From: an uncultured Bergeyella sp. | Lineage (GTDB): Bacteria; Bacteroidota; Bacteroidia; Flavobacteriales; Weeksellaceae | Assembly (NCBI GenBank): GCA_916710115.1 | Contig: CAKAOY010000001.1 | Coordinates: 1-49,381 of the forward strand | DNA length: 49,381 nt | Direction of reading: 5' to 3' | In this document: one piece after another, positions 8,431-19,003 of the stretch | How the letters are laid out: every line of letters begins with the position of its first letter | Numbering within the stretch: the stretch's first letter is position 1 | Translations under genes and position numbers: made by a program | Notes under the pieces: generated by a model | Database searches by the model: none | Told to the model about the DNA's origin: nothing | What the model saw: the letters and a program-made list of their open reading frames with translations, nothing else

Positions 8431-10794
8431 GTGAATAATAAAAAATCTAATTTTCCTCTACCTCCGAAACCAAAAAAGAATCTTTATGTCGGTAAATGGA
8501 TATCCATCATTTGGTTTTGTTTTTTTGGTATCGTTTTTGGTATTGCAGGATTATTTTTTGCTGTATCCGAAGGTTTTTTAGGCGAAATGCCTGATACAGC
8601 AGAACTCGAAAATCCCGATATTTATGTTGCATCTGAGATTTATTCTTCGGATAAAGTACTCCTAGGAAAGTTTGAAAAAGAAAAAACGAAACCCGTAACC
8701 TACCAAGACCTTCCACCACACTTAATTTATGCATTGTATGCAAAGGAGGACGAGCGATTCAAGGAACACTCTGGCATAGACCTAAAATCAGTAGTTCGTG
8801 CAGTATTCTACACTGGTAAGCGTGGAGGTGGCTCTACCATTACTCAGCAGTTGGCAAAATTACTTTTTACACCAGACCCTTCCTCTAATAAACTGAAAAG
8901 GGCTACCCAAAAATTGAAAGAATGGGTAGTAGCAGTAAGCCTTGAAAAAAGATATACCAAAGAGGAGATTATAGCCCTGTATTTCAATAAATTTGATTTC
9001 TTATACAATGCCAACGGTATAGAAATGGCATCTGAGATATACTTCAATAAACACGCCAAAGAACTTACACTCCCAGAGTCGGCTTTATTCGTAGCAATGC
9101 TCGAAAATCCCGTGAAAAATAACCCTCTGAGAAATATTAAAACAGCTACGAAAAGACGAAATGTTGTGCTAAAACAAATGCTGGAACTAAACTATATAGA
9201 CCAGCCAACATATACAAAAGCTATTGCCGAACCTATCGTAACTGATTATCAACCTATTAAAAATATTGATGAAGGTTATTCTGCCTATTATAAACATTAC
9301 CTAAAAAAGGAAATTAGCCAATATCTTGAAGATTATGAGAAAAAAACAGGCAAAAAACTCAATCTATATAAAGATGGGCTGAAAATATATGTTACTCTCG
9401 ACTCTAAAATGCAGAAGTATGCCGAAGAAGCCATAAAAGAGCATCTCAGCACACTCCAACAAAATTTTGATGCCGAACAAAAAAGAAATCCCAAACGACC
9501 TTTCTATAACATATCTAAGAAGACCATTGATAATATAATGCTCCAAGCAATGAGAAGAACGGGAAGATACAAGCAACTCAAAAGAGCTGAAGTTCCCGAA
9601 GATTCTATCATTATGGAATTCCAAAAACCCGTGAAAATGGATATCTTCACTTGGAAAGGAGAAGAAGAAGTGGAAATGTCGCCATACGATTCTATCCGAT
9701 ATCACAAACAAATTGCACAAGCAGGACTAATGTCTATGGTACCTGCAACAGGAGAAATCCGTGCATGGGTAGGTGGTATCAATTGGAAACATTTTCAATA
9801 TGACCATATAAAACAAGGAAGAAGACAAGTGGGCTCTACCTTTAAGCCATTTGTGTATGCCACCGCTATTATGAAACTTGGCTATACCCCTTGTACCACA
9901 ATTTCAAATGCTACATTTGTCAATGGAAATTATAGAGTGCCTGGTTCGGGAGGAATGCTTACTATAAGAGATGGATTGGCACACTCCAAGAATCCAATAG
10001 CCTTGCGTCTTACCGAGGAGGTAGGTACCAAAAATGTTATCCAACTTGCGAGAGACTTAGGTGTTACCGAAGATATTGATACCTCACTACCTATGGCTCT
10101 TGGAGCATCGGATATTACAATTTTCGAGATGCTGGGTGCATACTCTACTTTTGCTAATTTTGGTAACTATATCAAACCCGAAATGATTTGGAGAATAGAA
10201 GATGCCAATGGTAGAGTTATTAAAGAAGTACAACCTGAACAAAAAGAAGTAATGCATGAAAAATATGCCTATACAATGATTGACATTATGATGGGGGTAG
10301 CCAAATATGGAACAGCATCAGGTGAACTAAGACGAAGAGGCGTACCTACCAATGTAGAAATTGCTGGTAAAACAGGTACTACACAGAATAACTCCGATGG
10401 TTGGTTTATGGGAATAACTCCTAACCTAGCAACAGGTGTTTGGGTAGGCTGGGAGGATAGAGCAACTCACTTCTATAGCACTAGCGAGGGACAAGGAGCG
10501 AAAATGGCTCTTCCTATCTGGATTATATTTATGAAAAAAGTATGGAACGATAGGTCTCTCGGAATACGAATGGACGATAAATTCATCAAACCATCCGATT
10601 GGAATGGAGGTTGTGGAGATTTACCAAATTCAAAAAATGGATATGGTGATATACAAGGATTACAAACCCTCGATGAACTGAAAAATTCAGAGGAAAATCA
10701 AGAAAAACTCCCAAAAACAGAAATTAATAAACCTGAGCATCAAAATATTAATGATAATCTCAATCAAAGTAATGATATAGATTTTAATCAATAA
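8431..10794 (+). CDS. mrcA: Class A penicillin-binding protein (PBP1A)
   Basis: N-terminal TM; EDERF and GGSTITQQLAK transglycosylase motifs; STFK, SKN and KTGT transpeptidase motifs; GTG start. Confidence 0.9.
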   Translation: MNNKKSNFPLPPKPKKNLYVGKWISIIWFCFFGIVFGIAGLFFAVSEGFLGEMPDTAELENPDIYVASEIYSSDKVLLGKFEKEKTKPVTYQDLPPHLIYALYAKEDERFKEHSGIDLKSVVRAVFYTGKRGGGSTITQQLAKLLFTPDPSSNKLKRATQKLKEWVVAVSLEKRYTKEEIIALYFNKFDFLYNANGIEMASEIYFNKHAKELTLPESALFVAMLENPVKNNPLRNIKTATKRRNVVLKQMLELNYIDQPTYTKAIAEPIVTDYQPIKNIDEGYSAYYKHYLKKEISQYLEDYEKKTGKKLNLYKDGLKIYVTLDSKMQKYAEEAIKEHLSTLQQNFDAEQKRNPKRPFYNISKKTIDNIMLQAMRRTGRYKQLKRAEVPEDSIIMEFQKPVKMDIFTWKGEEEVEMSPYDSIRYHKQIAQAGLMSMVPATGEIRAWVGGINWKHFQYDHIKQGRRQVGSTFKPFVYATAIMKLGYTPCTTISNATFVNGNYRVPGSGGMLTIRDGLAHSKNPIALRLTEEVGTKNVIQLARDLGVTEDIDTSLPMALGASDITIFEMLGAYSTFANFGNYIKPEMIWRIEDANGRVIKEVQPEQKEVMHEKYAYTMIDIMMGVAKYGTASGELRRRGVPTNVEIAGKTGTTQNNSDGWFMGITPNLATGVWVGWEDRATHFYSTSEGQGAKMALPIWIIFMKKVWNDRSLGIRMDDKFIKPSDWNGGCGDLPNSKNGYGDIQGLQTLDELKNSEENQEKLPKTEINKPEHQNINDNLNQSNDIDFNQ

Positions 10795-10808
10795 ATAGCG
10801 ACACTCTT

Positions 10809-10846
10809 AGCCATAAGAAATTTTCATAGTTTCTTGTGGCTTTTTT
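10809..10846 (+). terminator. Intrinsic terminator after PBP1A
   Basis: AGCCATAAGAAA / TTTCTTGTGGCT stem plus T-run. Confidence 0.8.
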
Positions 10847-10848
10847 AG

Positions 10849-10856
10849 TATATTTG
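10849..10856 (+). promoter_or_regulatory. -7 element (TATATTTG) for ptrB
   Basis: TAnnTTTG match. Confidence 0.6.
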
Positions 10857-10873
10857 TATCAAATTTTATTCAT

Positions 10874-12919
10874 ATGAAACAGCCAAAAGCAAAAAAAATA
10901 AATAAAATACTCAGCATACACGGAGACACGCGAATCGACCCTTACTTCTGGCTCAACGAAAGGGATAACCCCGAAGTATTGGCCTATTTAAATGAAGAAA
11001 ACTCCTATACTGAAGCAATAATGAAAGATACCGAAACACTACAAGAAAACCTCTATGAGGAAATGAAAGCTCGGTATAAGAAAGATGATCAGTCTCTCCC
11101 TTATTTCTTCAATGATTATTGGTATATTGTAAGGTATCAAGATGGTAAAGAATACCCTATCTTCACACGAAAACATCTTTCTCTTGATAATTCTGAAGAA
11201 CCTATCCTTGACGCTAATATCTTAGCCCAAGGCTATCCTTTCTTTGAAATAGGAAGTATTGCTGTGAGTGTAGATAACCAATGGGTCTCCTTCTCCGAAG
11301 ATACCTTAGGACGAAGAATCTATACCATCAGAATAAAAAATCTAAAAACTGGGAAAATACTCGCCGACGAAATACCAAACACCACAGGAAAGGCTGTTTG
11401 GGCAAATGACAACGAACACATTTTCTATATCCGAAAAGATACCAATCTCCGTGCATATCAAATATATCGCCACAAAATCGGTACCGCAGTAGCAGAAGAT
11501 GTACTCATATTCCACGAAAAAGATGATACTTTTGATGTGAATGTCTATAAAAGTAAATCCTTAGAATATATTTTTATTTCCAGTTCAAGTACAATTTCTG
11601 ACGAACATAGATTTATTCCCGCTGATGATATCGATGCCGAATGGAAAATAATCCAACCACGAGAAGATGACTTAGAATATGCCGTAGAACATTATGGCGA
11701 GGATTTCTACATTGTGACTAACGCCGATAAAGCTACAAATTTTAAAATCGTTACGACAAAAGTTACTAAGTGCAGTAAGGAGTTCTGGACGGACTTAATC
11801 CCTCACCGAGAAGATGTTTTAATTGAGGGATTTGAGATTTTTAAAAATTATTTCGTAATAGAGGAACGAAAAGAAGGTCTCCTACAAATTCGTATCATAA
11901 ACAACGCTACGAAAGAGGAAGACTATCTACCATTCTCCGACTCTACTTATACTGCATATATCGGCACAAATATGTCCTTTGATACCGATGTACTTCGTTT
12001 TGGTTACACTTCTCTCACCACACCGAACTCTACCTACGAATACAATATGAAAGATAAGAGCACTAAACTCCTAAAACAACAGGAGGTATTGGGTGGAAAA
12101 TTTTCTCCCAAAAACTATCACTCCGAAAGGGTTTGGGCAAAATCTCGTGATGGAAAAACGCTAATTCCTATATCGATAGTCTATCATAAAGATACAAAAA
12201 AATCTGCTGACACACCTCTACTTCTGTATGGATATGGTAGCTATGGCCACACCGTGGATGCATCTTTCTCTAATGTTCGCTTATCTCTATTAGACCGAGG
12301 TTTTATATTCGCAATTGCCCATATTCGTGGAGGTGAATATCTCGGTAGAAATTGGTACGAAACAGGTAAATTATTAGATAAGAAGAATACCTTTTTTGAT
12401 TTTATTGATGTTGCAAAATATTTAGTGAAAGAAAACTATACTGCTCCCCAGCATCTATATGCAATGGGTGGCTCAGCGGGAGGTCTCTTGATGGGTGCTG
12501 TAGCCAATATGGAACCCTCCTTATTCAATGGAATCATCGCTCAAGTACCGTTTGTAGATGTCGTTACCACTATGCTAGACGACACTATTCCACTCACCAC
12601 AGGAGAATATGACGAATGGGGAAATCCCAACGAAGAAGAATATTACCACTATATGAAATCTTATTCTCCTTACGATAATATTGAAGTTAAAGAATACCCT
12701 AATATACTTATTACCACTGGCTTCCACGATAGCCAAGTACAATATTGGGAGCCTGCAAAATGGACTGCAAAACTCCGAGACTTAAAAACTGATACCAACC
12801 TACTCCTACTAAAAACCGATATGTCCTCTGGACACGGTGGAGCAAGTGGCCGTTTCGAAAGTCTAAAAGAAGATGCCTTGGAGTATGCCTTCATCTTAAA
12901 ATGCGAAAATAAAGTTTAA
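10874..12919 (+). CDS. ptrB: Oligopeptidase B (S9A, protease II)
   Basis: HGDTRIDPYFWL, YGYGSYG, GGSAGG (Ser), DSQV (Asp), GHGG (His). Confidence 0.95.
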   Translation: MKQPKAKKINKILSIHGDTRIDPYFWLNERDNPEVLAYLNEENSYTEAIMKDTETLQENLYEEMKARYKKDDQSLPYFFNDYWYIVRYQDGKEYPIFTRKHLSLDNSEEPILDANILAQGYPFFEIGSIAVSVDNQWVSFSEDTLGRRIYTIRIKNLKTGKILADEIPNTTGKAVWANDNEHIFYIRKDTNLRAYQIYRHKIGTAVAEDVLIFHEKDDTFDVNVYKSKSLEYIFISSSSTISDEHRFIPADDIDAEWKIIQPREDDLEYAVEHYGEDFYIVTNADKATNFKIVTTKVTKCSKEFWTDLIPHREDVLIEGFEIFKNYFVIEERKEGLLQIRIINNATKEEDYLPFSDSTYTAYIGTNMSFDTDVLRFGYTSLTTPNSTYEYNMKDKSTKLLKQQEVLGGKFSPKNYHSERVWAKSRDGKTLIPISIVYHKDTKKSADTPLLLYGYGSYGHTVDASFSNVRLSLLDRGFIFAIAHIRGGEYLGRNWYETGKLLDKKNTFFDFIDVAKYLVKENYTAPQHLYAMGGSAGGLLMGAVANMEPSLFNGIIAQVPFVDVVTTMLDDTIPLTTGEYDEWGNPNEEEYYHYMKSYSPYDNIEVKEYPNILITTGFHDSQVQYWEPAKWTAKLRDLKTDTNLLLLKTDMSSGHGGASGRFESLKEDALEYAFILKCENKV

Positions 12920-12949
12920 AGAATATTTTTTATTCATCAATAAATATTC

Positions 12950-12957
12950 TATCTTTG
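12950..12957 (+). promoter_or_regulatory. -7 element (TATCTTTG) for the exonuclease-SufT pair
   Basis: TAnnTTTG match. Confidence 0.6.
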
Positions 12958-12974
12958 AGAAATAATTTCAATGA

Positions 12975-13673
12975 ATGATACAGAACATTCCATTAGAGAA
13001 AATTCTCTTCCTTGATATAGAGACTGTTCCTCAGTACGAAAATTGGGAAGAACTCGACGAAAAGGAAAAGCAACTCTGGGATAAAAAAACAAGTTGGCAA
13101 CGAGGCGAAAATCTATCAGCAGAAGATTTTTACCCCCTACGGGCAGGTATAATTTCCGAATTTGGGAAAATAGCCTGTATATCCGTCGGTATGATAGAGA
13201 AAAACGATACCTTAAAATTAAAAAGTTTCTACTCCGAAAATGAGGCAGAACTGCTCACTAATTTTGGAAGTATATTCAACTCTAATAGACTAAAAAACTG
13301 TATTCTATGTGCTCATAATGGCAAAGAGTTTGATTTTCCGTGGATTGCTAGACGATTCCTCATCAATGGAATGATGCCACCAACCCCCTTCCAAATGTTT
13401 GGAAAAAAACCTTGGGAAGTTCCTCATTTGGATACAATGGAACTTTGGAAATTCGGAGATTATAAAAACTTCATTTCATTAGAACTAATGGCTCATATCT
13501 TTGGGATACCAACCCCAAAAGATGATATTGATGGCTCTATGGTCGCAGAAGTCTATTATAAAGAAAAAAATCTGCAACGAATAGCTCAATATTGCGAAAA
13601 AGATGTTTTAACATTGGCAAATATCCTCCGAAAATTACGGCAAGAAGACCTTATCAAAAAATTTGAAGATTAA
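12975..13673 (+). CDS. Stand-alone PolB-like 3'-5' exonuclease (DEDDy)
   Basis: FLDIET, AHNGKEFDFP and YCEKD motifs. Confidence 0.9.
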   Translation: MIQNIPLEKILFLDIETVPQYENWEELDEKEKQLWDKKTSWQRGENLSAEDFYPLRAGIISEFGKIACISVGMIEKNDTLKLKSFYSENEAELLTNFGSIFNSNRLKNCILCAHNGKEFDFPWIARRFLINGMMPPTPFQMFGKKPWEVPHLDTMELWKFGDYKNFISLELMAHIFGIPTPKDDIDGSMVAEVYYKEKNLQRIAQYCEKDVLTLANILRKLRQEDLIKKFED

Positions 13674-13698
13674 TTTTATGCTTGATAATACTTTTAAA

Positions 13699-14025
13699 AT
13701 GAAATATACAGACGAACAAATTGCAGAAATTGGCGAAAACATTATAAAAACACTAAAAACAGTATACGACCCTGAAATACCAGTGGATATTTATGAGTTA
13801 GGACTTATCTATGATGTCCAGATTTCCGAAGACGGAGATGTAAAAGTTGTAATGACTCTTACTACGCCTAACTGTCCTGTTGCAGAATCTCTCCCTGCGG
13901 AGGTAAAGGAAAAAGTTGGAGAAGTAGAAGGTGTAAATAATGTAGAGCTAGACCTCACTTTCGAACCTACTTGGAATAAAGATATGATGAGTGAGGAAGC
14001 AAAATTTGAGTTAGGTATGTTATAA
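13699..14025 (+). CDS. SUF Fe-S assembly protein, SufT/DUF59 family
   Basis: VYDPEIPVDIYELGLIY and MTLTTPNCPVA; ATG 13699 preferred over TTG 13663. Confidence 0.9.
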   Translation: MKYTDEQIAEIGENIIKTLKTVYDPEIPVDIYELGLIYDVQISEDGDVKVVMTLTTPNCPVAESLPAEVKEKVGEVEGVNNVELDLTFEPTWNKDMMSEEAKFELGML

Positions 14026-14031
14026 TAAATA

Positions 14032-14061
14032 AAAAAATCTCGTAAGAATACGAGATTTTTT
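14032..14061. terminator. Bidirectional terminator
   Basis: AAAAAATCTCGTA / TACGAGATTTTTT inverted repeat between convergent genes. Confidence 0.85.
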
Positions 14062-14066
14062 GTAAC

Positions 14067-14867
14067 CTAATCAATTTCCAAATCTACAACATATCCCTCG
14101 TGGTTTCTTATATTAATGAAATAATCCCCATCAAAATGGAGGTATTGTCCTTTTATACCCTTCAATACCCCCTCAAAAGTAGGCTTTTTTTCTAAAGTGA
14201 AAACACTTATTTTTTCAGAAGATTGATATGGGAAATAAAGCTCAATAATTTCTTGATTTTCTAGATAAAATTTATTATACTGCTGTGGAAAAAATATTTG
14301 TATTTCGTAATACTTTTGGAGTAATTCGTTTTTAATTCTATCCGAAGGTTCCGTAGAAAGCATTTTACGGAAATTAGTTTTATCAGAAAAATATTTTTTT
14401 AGTTCTACCTCTATCATTCCTGCCTCATATCTGTTAGTCGTACGAGCTATTGGAATAGCATAATTTGCCCCTTGGTCTATCCATCTTGTAGGGACTTGGC
14501 TTTCACGAGTTACTCCTACCTTTACTTCACCAGTATGAGCAAGATAAACAATATGTGGTTGCAACTGAATTTCCTTTTCTACATCCAAATTTCGTTCGGC
14601 AATACCAAGATGAGCCGTAGAAAGTTCAGGGCGAATGATAGTCTCACTCGCATAAGGACTCTCGAAGAAACATTTTTTACAAAATCCCATTCTGAATATG
14701 GGTTGACTTTCTCCACATTCTATACACTGAAACCCTGTATGTTGGATTTTTATTTTACTTCCGAAAAGTTGATTTACACTTAATATATCCCCAGAAAGGT
14801 TGAGATAGTATTGTATCGGTTCTGCTAATTCAGTAGCCATTTTTCGGATTTGCCCTTTAAAAAACAT
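14067..14867 (-). CDS. DUF2797 family protein
   Basis: GQIRKM, CIECG...GFCKKC, VKVGVTR, PTRWIDQGA and LKGIKGQYL. Confidence 0.85.
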   Translation of the reverse strand: MFFKGQIRKMATELAEPIQYYLNLSGDILSVNQLFGSKIKIQHTGFQCIECGESQPIFRMGFCKKCFFESPYASETIIRPELSTAHLGIAERNLDVEKEIQLQPHIVYLAHTGEVKVGVTRESQVPTRWIDQGANYAIPIARTTNRYEAGMIEVELKKYFSDKTNFRKMLSTEPSDRIKNELLQKYYEIQIFFPQQYNKFYLENQEIIELYFPYQSSEKISVFTLEKKPTFEGVLKGIKGQYLHFDGDYFINIRNHEGYVVDLEID

Positions 14868-14893
14868 TTAAAATAAGTTTTAAATTATTGAGG

Positions 14894-14901
14894 CAAAAAT
14901 A
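14894..14901 (-). promoter_or_regulatory. -7 element (TATTTTTG) for DUF2797
   Basis: Reverse complement of CAAAAATA. Confidence 0.55.
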
Positions 14902-14939
14902 AGAATTTTATCCGTTTTTTTGATGCGGATAGAGCCTAC

Positions 14940-14973
14940 TAAAAAAATCTCTCCACAAATGCGAAGAGATTTT
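14940..14973 (-). terminator. Terminator of rpiB
   Basis: AAAATCTCT / AGAGATTTT stem; the A-run on + gives a U-tail on -. Confidence 0.7.
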
Positions 14974-14981
14974 ATCTTTAT

Positions 14982-15410
14982 TTAGAGACATATTTTATCT
15001 ACTCTGTTTTGGTGTCTTCCCCCTTCAAACTCTGTTGTTAGGAATACTTTTGCGATATCCAAAGCTAATTCTTTTGCTATAAATCGTGCTGGGAGAGCCA
15101 CCATATTACAATTATTATGTTGTCTCGCCAAGGCTCCTAACTCTGGCATCCACGCTAATGCACAACGTATTTTCTGATGTTTGTTGGCAGTAAGTTGTAC
15201 TCCTTGACCACTACCACAAACCAAAATACCTAAATCATTTTCTCCATTTTCTACCGAAGTAGCAGCTGGATGCACGAAATCTGGATAATCCACCGAAGTA
15301 GTACCATTAGTACCATAATCCGTTATTTGATATTCATCTGCAAGTTGTTGTTTCAGATATTCTTTTAGTTCAAAGCCTGCATGGTCACAAGCGATAGCGA
15401 TTTTTTTCAT
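14982..15410 (-). CDS. rpiB: Ribose-5-phosphate isomerase B
   Basis: ACDHAG, DYPD, CGSGQG, ARQHNN and FEGGRHQNR. Confidence 0.96.
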   Translation of the reverse strand: MKKIAIACDHAGFELKEYLKQQLADEYQITDYGTNGTTSVDYPDFVHPAATSVENGENDLGILVCGSGQGVQLTANKHQKIRCALAWMPELGALARQHNNCNMVALPARFIAKELALDIAKVFLTTEFEGGRHQNRVDKICL

Positions 15411-15434
15411 TATTCTTACAATTTATCAGATGAG

Positions 15435-15442
15435 CAAATTTA
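15435..15442 (-). promoter_or_regulatory. -7 element (TAAATTTG) for rpiB
   Basis: Reverse complement of CAAATTTA. Confidence 0.55.
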
Positions 15443-15471
15443 ATTATATTTTGGTTAATTTACAACTGCAA

Positions 15472-18063
15472 TTATTGTTTTTCTTCTAATTTATTTTTTA
15501 ATTCATTAAGTTTCATCAAAGCCTCTATAGGGGATAGACTATTGATATCCATATGCTTTATTTCATTGGTTATATCCTCCAAAATAGGATCTGCCATTTG
15601 GAATAATGATAGCTGTATTTCCGTATTTTTCTGCGATGTGAGTTTCGGCTTATTGTTGTTATCTTTTCCTCTCTGATTTTCAAGATTTTCAAGGATTTTC
15701 GTTGCCCGTTTCACTACAGCTTTTGGCATTCCTGCTAACTTAGCTACATGAATACCAAAACTATGTTCGGAGCCTCCCTCTACCAATTTTCGTAGGAAGA
15801 TAATATTTTCTTTATTTTCTTTGATGCTGATATGATAGTTTTTAATTCTTTCAAAACTCTCAGCCATCTCATTTAATTCGTGATAATGGGTTGCAAAGAG
15901 TGTTTTTGCCTGTGTAGGATGCTCGTGTAGATACTCTGCAATAGCCCATGCAATAGAAACACCATCATAAGTGGAAGTACCCCGTCCAATTTCATCGAGT
16001 AATATCAGGCTTCGTTCAGTGATATTATTAAGGATATTTGCCGCTTCATTCATTTCCACCATAAAGGTAGATTCTCCTGCGGAGATATTATCCGTGGCAC
16101 CAACTCGCGTAAATATTCTGTCCAAAATACCTATTTCTGCAGATTTTGCTGGGACGAAACATCCAATTTGTGCCAACAGAGCGATAATTGCCGTCTGCCG
16201 AAGGATTGCCGATTTACCCGCCATATTAGGTCCTGTAACCATTATTATTTGCTGAGTATCTCTATCGAGATATACATCATTTGGGATATATTTTTCACCC
16301 AAGGGCAATACATTTTCTATAATAGGATGCCTTGCTTCTTGTAAGCGGAGAGAATATTCTTCGTTGAGAATGGGTTTTGTATAGCTTTCATTTACAGCTA
16401 GTTCTGAAAATCCTATTGCTATATCTATCTGAGCTATAATCTGAGCATTTTGCTGGATATCATCAATATACTTCATCGTTTCACTGCAAATTTGACGATA
16501 AAATTTTTGTTCCAAAACGGCGATTCGATCTTCTGCTCCTAAAATTTGTTCTTCGTAGGTCTTTAATTCTTCAGTAATGTATCTCTCGGCATTTACCAAA
16601 GTTTGCTTACGAATCCACCCTTCTGGAACTTTGTCTTTGTGGGTATTTCGTACTTCTATATAATACCCAAAGACATTATTAAAACTTATTTTTAGACTAC
16701 TAATACCCGTTTTTTCTATTTCTCTTTCGCACATCTCATCAAGGAATTTTTTTCCTTTGGACAGCATATTTCTTAGATTATCCAATTCCTCACTTACTCC
16801 CTCTCGGATTACATTTCCCTTGTTTATATTCACTGGAAGCTCATCATTGAGATGATTATTTAGGAAAACTATCATCTGGGATAAGTCATTGAGCGGTTCT
16901 ATCCAAGCTAAAACATCGTGTTTAGGTTTTAGGAGTTCTTTTATTTCGTGGATATTTATGAGACTCTGTCTTAGATAACCTAATTCTTTCGGAGATATTC
17001 TCTCAGAAGCTAGTTTCCCCATCAATCTATCAATATCCGAAATGGATTTTAGTTTCGTTTGAATATTTATTTTCAATAAATCTTCTTTATTAAAAAACTC
17101 TATTAAGTTGAGCCTTCTGTTAATCTCATTTACTGATTTTAAAGGTAGTATTAATCTTCTTCTAAGAAGCCTCCCACCCATCGGTGTGGAAGTTTTGTCT
17201 ATAATATCTAATAATGACTTGCCAGTATTTGCCGAAGAGTGGATAATTTCCAAATTTCTTAAGGTAAAATTATCCATCATTAGATAATCATCTTGCGGGA
17301 TTGTTTTTATCTTGGTGATATGGGCTAATAATTCGTGATGGGTATCATCAATCAGATAAGCAAAAATAGCTCCCGCTGCCACAATGGAAAGTTTCATTTC
17401 TTCTATTCCAAAACCTTTTAGCGAATTGGTCTGGAACTGCTGGGTAAGTTTTTCCTTAGCAAAATGATATTGAAAAGCCCAATCTTCTAACTTAAAAATA
17501 TTTCTATTTTTAAATTTATCAGGAAAATTTTGGGTTCGTTGGTAGATTATTTCACTCGGATTAAAAGTATGGATAATATGAGTAAGTTTCTCCAAATTAC
17601 CCTCGCTAACCAAAAATTCACCCGTGGAAATATCCAAAAGAGCCATTCCAAATTTTTCCTTTTCTCTATGGACAGACAATAGGAAGTTATTCTGTTTGGA
17701 TTGAAGCACTTGGTCATTGAAAGTAACACCTGGTGTAACCAACTCCGTAACCCCGCGTTTTACGATACCTTTCACCATTTTTGGGTCTTCCAATTGGTCG
17801 CAAATTGCGACTCTCTTCCCCGAACGAACAAGTTTTGGAAGATACGAATCTATGGAATGATGAGGAAACCCCGCCAACTCGGTAAAAGAATCACCATTAT
17901 TTCTCTTAGTGAGAGTAATTCCCAAAATGTGAGCTGTAGTGATAGCATCTTCACCAAATGTTTCGTAAAAATCACCTACTCGAAACAACAGAATAGCATC
18001 TGGATATTTCGCCTTAATGGTATTGTATTGCTTCATCAACGGAGTTTCCTTCTTCTTTGTCAT
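15472..18063 (-). CDS. mutS: DNA mismatch repair protein MutS
   Basis: TPLMKQY, GDFYE, TGPNMAGKS, STFMVEM, DEIGRGT and FATHYHE. Confidence 0.98.
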   Translation of the reverse strand: MTKKKETPLMKQYNTIKAKYPDAILLFRVGDFYETFGEDAITTAHILGITLTKRNNGDSFTELAGFPHHSIDSYLPKLVRSGKRVAICDQLEDPKMVKGIVKRGVTELVTPGVTFNDQVLQSKQNNFLLSVHREKEKFGMALLDISTGEFLVSEGNLEKLTHIIHTFNPSEIIYQRTQNFPDKFKNRNIFKLEDWAFQYHFAKEKLTQQFQTNSLKGFGIEEMKLSIVAAGAIFAYLIDDTHHELLAHITKIKTIPQDDYLMMDNFTLRNLEIIHSSANTGKSLLDIIDKTSTPMGGRLLRRRLILPLKSVNEINRRLNLIEFFNKEDLLKINIQTKLKSISDIDRLMGKLASERISPKELGYLRQSLINIHEIKELLKPKHDVLAWIEPLNDLSQMIVFLNNHLNDELPVNINKGNVIREGVSEELDNLRNMLSKGKKFLDEMCEREIEKTGISSLKISFNNVFGYYIEVRNTHKDKVPEGWIRKQTLVNAERYITEELKTYEEQILGAEDRIAVLEQKFYRQICSETMKYIDDIQQNAQIIAQIDIAIGFSELAVNESYTKPILNEEYSLRLQEARHPIIENVLPLGEKYIPNDVYLDRDTQQIIMVTGPNMAGKSAILRQTAIIALLAQIGCFVPAKSAEIGILDRIFTRVGATDNISAGESTFMVEMNEAANILNNITERSLILLDEIGRGTSTYDGVSIAWAIAEYLHEHPTQAKTLFATHYHELNEMAESFERIKNYHISIKENKENIIFLRKLVEGGSEHSFGIHVAKLAGMPKAVVKRATKILENLENQRGKDNNNKPKLTSQKNTEIQLSLFQMADPILEDITNEIKHMDINSLSPIEALMKLNELKNKLEEKQ

Positions 18064-18083
18064 ATATAAAGTTTTCTAGTGAG

Positions 18084-18091
18084 CAAAGATA
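18084..18091 (-). promoter_or_regulatory. -7 element (TATCTTTG) for mutS
   Basis: Reverse complement of CAAAGATA. Confidence 0.6.
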
Positions 18092-18130
18092 ATAATTTAA
18101 AACTCGTTAATAAAAGTTTATTTTATGAAC

Positions 18131-18170
18131 AAAATAAGGGCGAGTCTATAATTACCCACCCCTATTGTTT
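18131..18170 (-). terminator. Terminator of sodA
   Basis: Minus strand AATAGGGGTGGGT / ACTCGCCCTTATT 13-bp stem with G-U pairs, ending in U residues. Confidence 0.75.
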
Positions 18171-18184
18171 TCCATTATCTATTT

Positions 18185-18781
18185 TTATTTATTGTATAAT
18201 TCTTCTACTTTATCCCAATTTATTACCGAAAAGAATGCCGATACATAATCTGGCCTTCTATTCTGATAATTAAGATAATAAGCATGTTCCCATACATCAA
18301 TTCCAAGTATTGGCACTCCACCACAGCCTACCTCTGGCATTAGTGTATTATCTTGATTTGCAGACGAACATACCGTAAGAGAGCCATCCTCCTGCTTGCA
18401 AAGCCAAGCCCATCCAGAGCCGAATCTTGTTTTTGCAGCAACCTCAAAATCAGTACGGAATTTATCAAAACCTCCGTAGTTTTCAATTGCCTTTTTTACA
18501 TTTCCCACAGGTTCTTTACTTCCATTTGGTGTAAGAATTTTCCAAAAAAGAGAATGATTGAAATGCCCTCCTCCATTGTTTCTCACCGCTGGGATATTCG
18601 CTCCTAATTGACAAATTTCTTCAATCGTTTTACCCTCTAAATCGGTTCCTGCAATTGCATTATTCAAATTATCTACATACGCCTGATGATGCTTAGTGTG
18701 ATGGATTTCCATTGTTCTTGCATCAATCACTGATTCTAATGCATCATAAGCATAGTTAAGTTCTGGTAAGTTAAAAGCCAT
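18185..18781 (-). CDS. sodA: Fe/Mn superoxide dismutase with Mn-type signature
   Basis: [18 protein letters not shown] and DVWEHAYY. Confidence 0.93.
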   Translation of the reverse strand: MAFNLPELNYAYDALESVIDARTMEIHHTKHHQAYVDNLNNAIAGTDLEGKTIEEICQLGANIPAVRNNGGGHFNHSLFWKILTPNGSKEPVGNVKKAIENYGGFDKFRTDFEVAAKTRFGSGWAWLCKQEDGSLTVCSSANQDNTLMPEVGCGGVPILGIDVWEHAYYLNYQNRRPDYVSAFFSVINWDKVEELYNK

Positions 18782-18900
18782 AATATTTTATTTATTTTTT
18801 ATTTAGAATCCCCAAATTAAGATAAAAAAAATTCATTTTATATTATATAATGATTGAATTTATCTATATTTATTATTTATATCTTATTAATCTTTCTTTA

Positions 18901-18980
18901 TAAAATTATTTCCTATTATAAAAATCGGAAATTTTGACATTAAAATTATTTCTTTGATTATAAAAATCGGAAATTTTGAC
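18901..18980 (+). repeat. Tandem imperfect ~40-bp duplication with an identical 24-bp core ATTATAAAAATCGGAAATTTTGAC
   Basis: Core at 18915-18938 and 18957-18980; TAAAATTATTTC at 18901-18912 and 18941-18952. Confidence 0.95.
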
Positions 18981-19003
18981 TTATTTTAATAAAAAAAATA
19001 TAT

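Noticed and set aside
18079..18273. 64-aa ORF between mutS and sodA
   Set aside because: Runs antisense across the mutS promoter, the sodA terminator and the sodA 3' end
18901..18980. Repeat as a mini-CRISPR array
   Set aside because: Only two units, the intervening sequence is itself partly duplicated, and there are no cas genes
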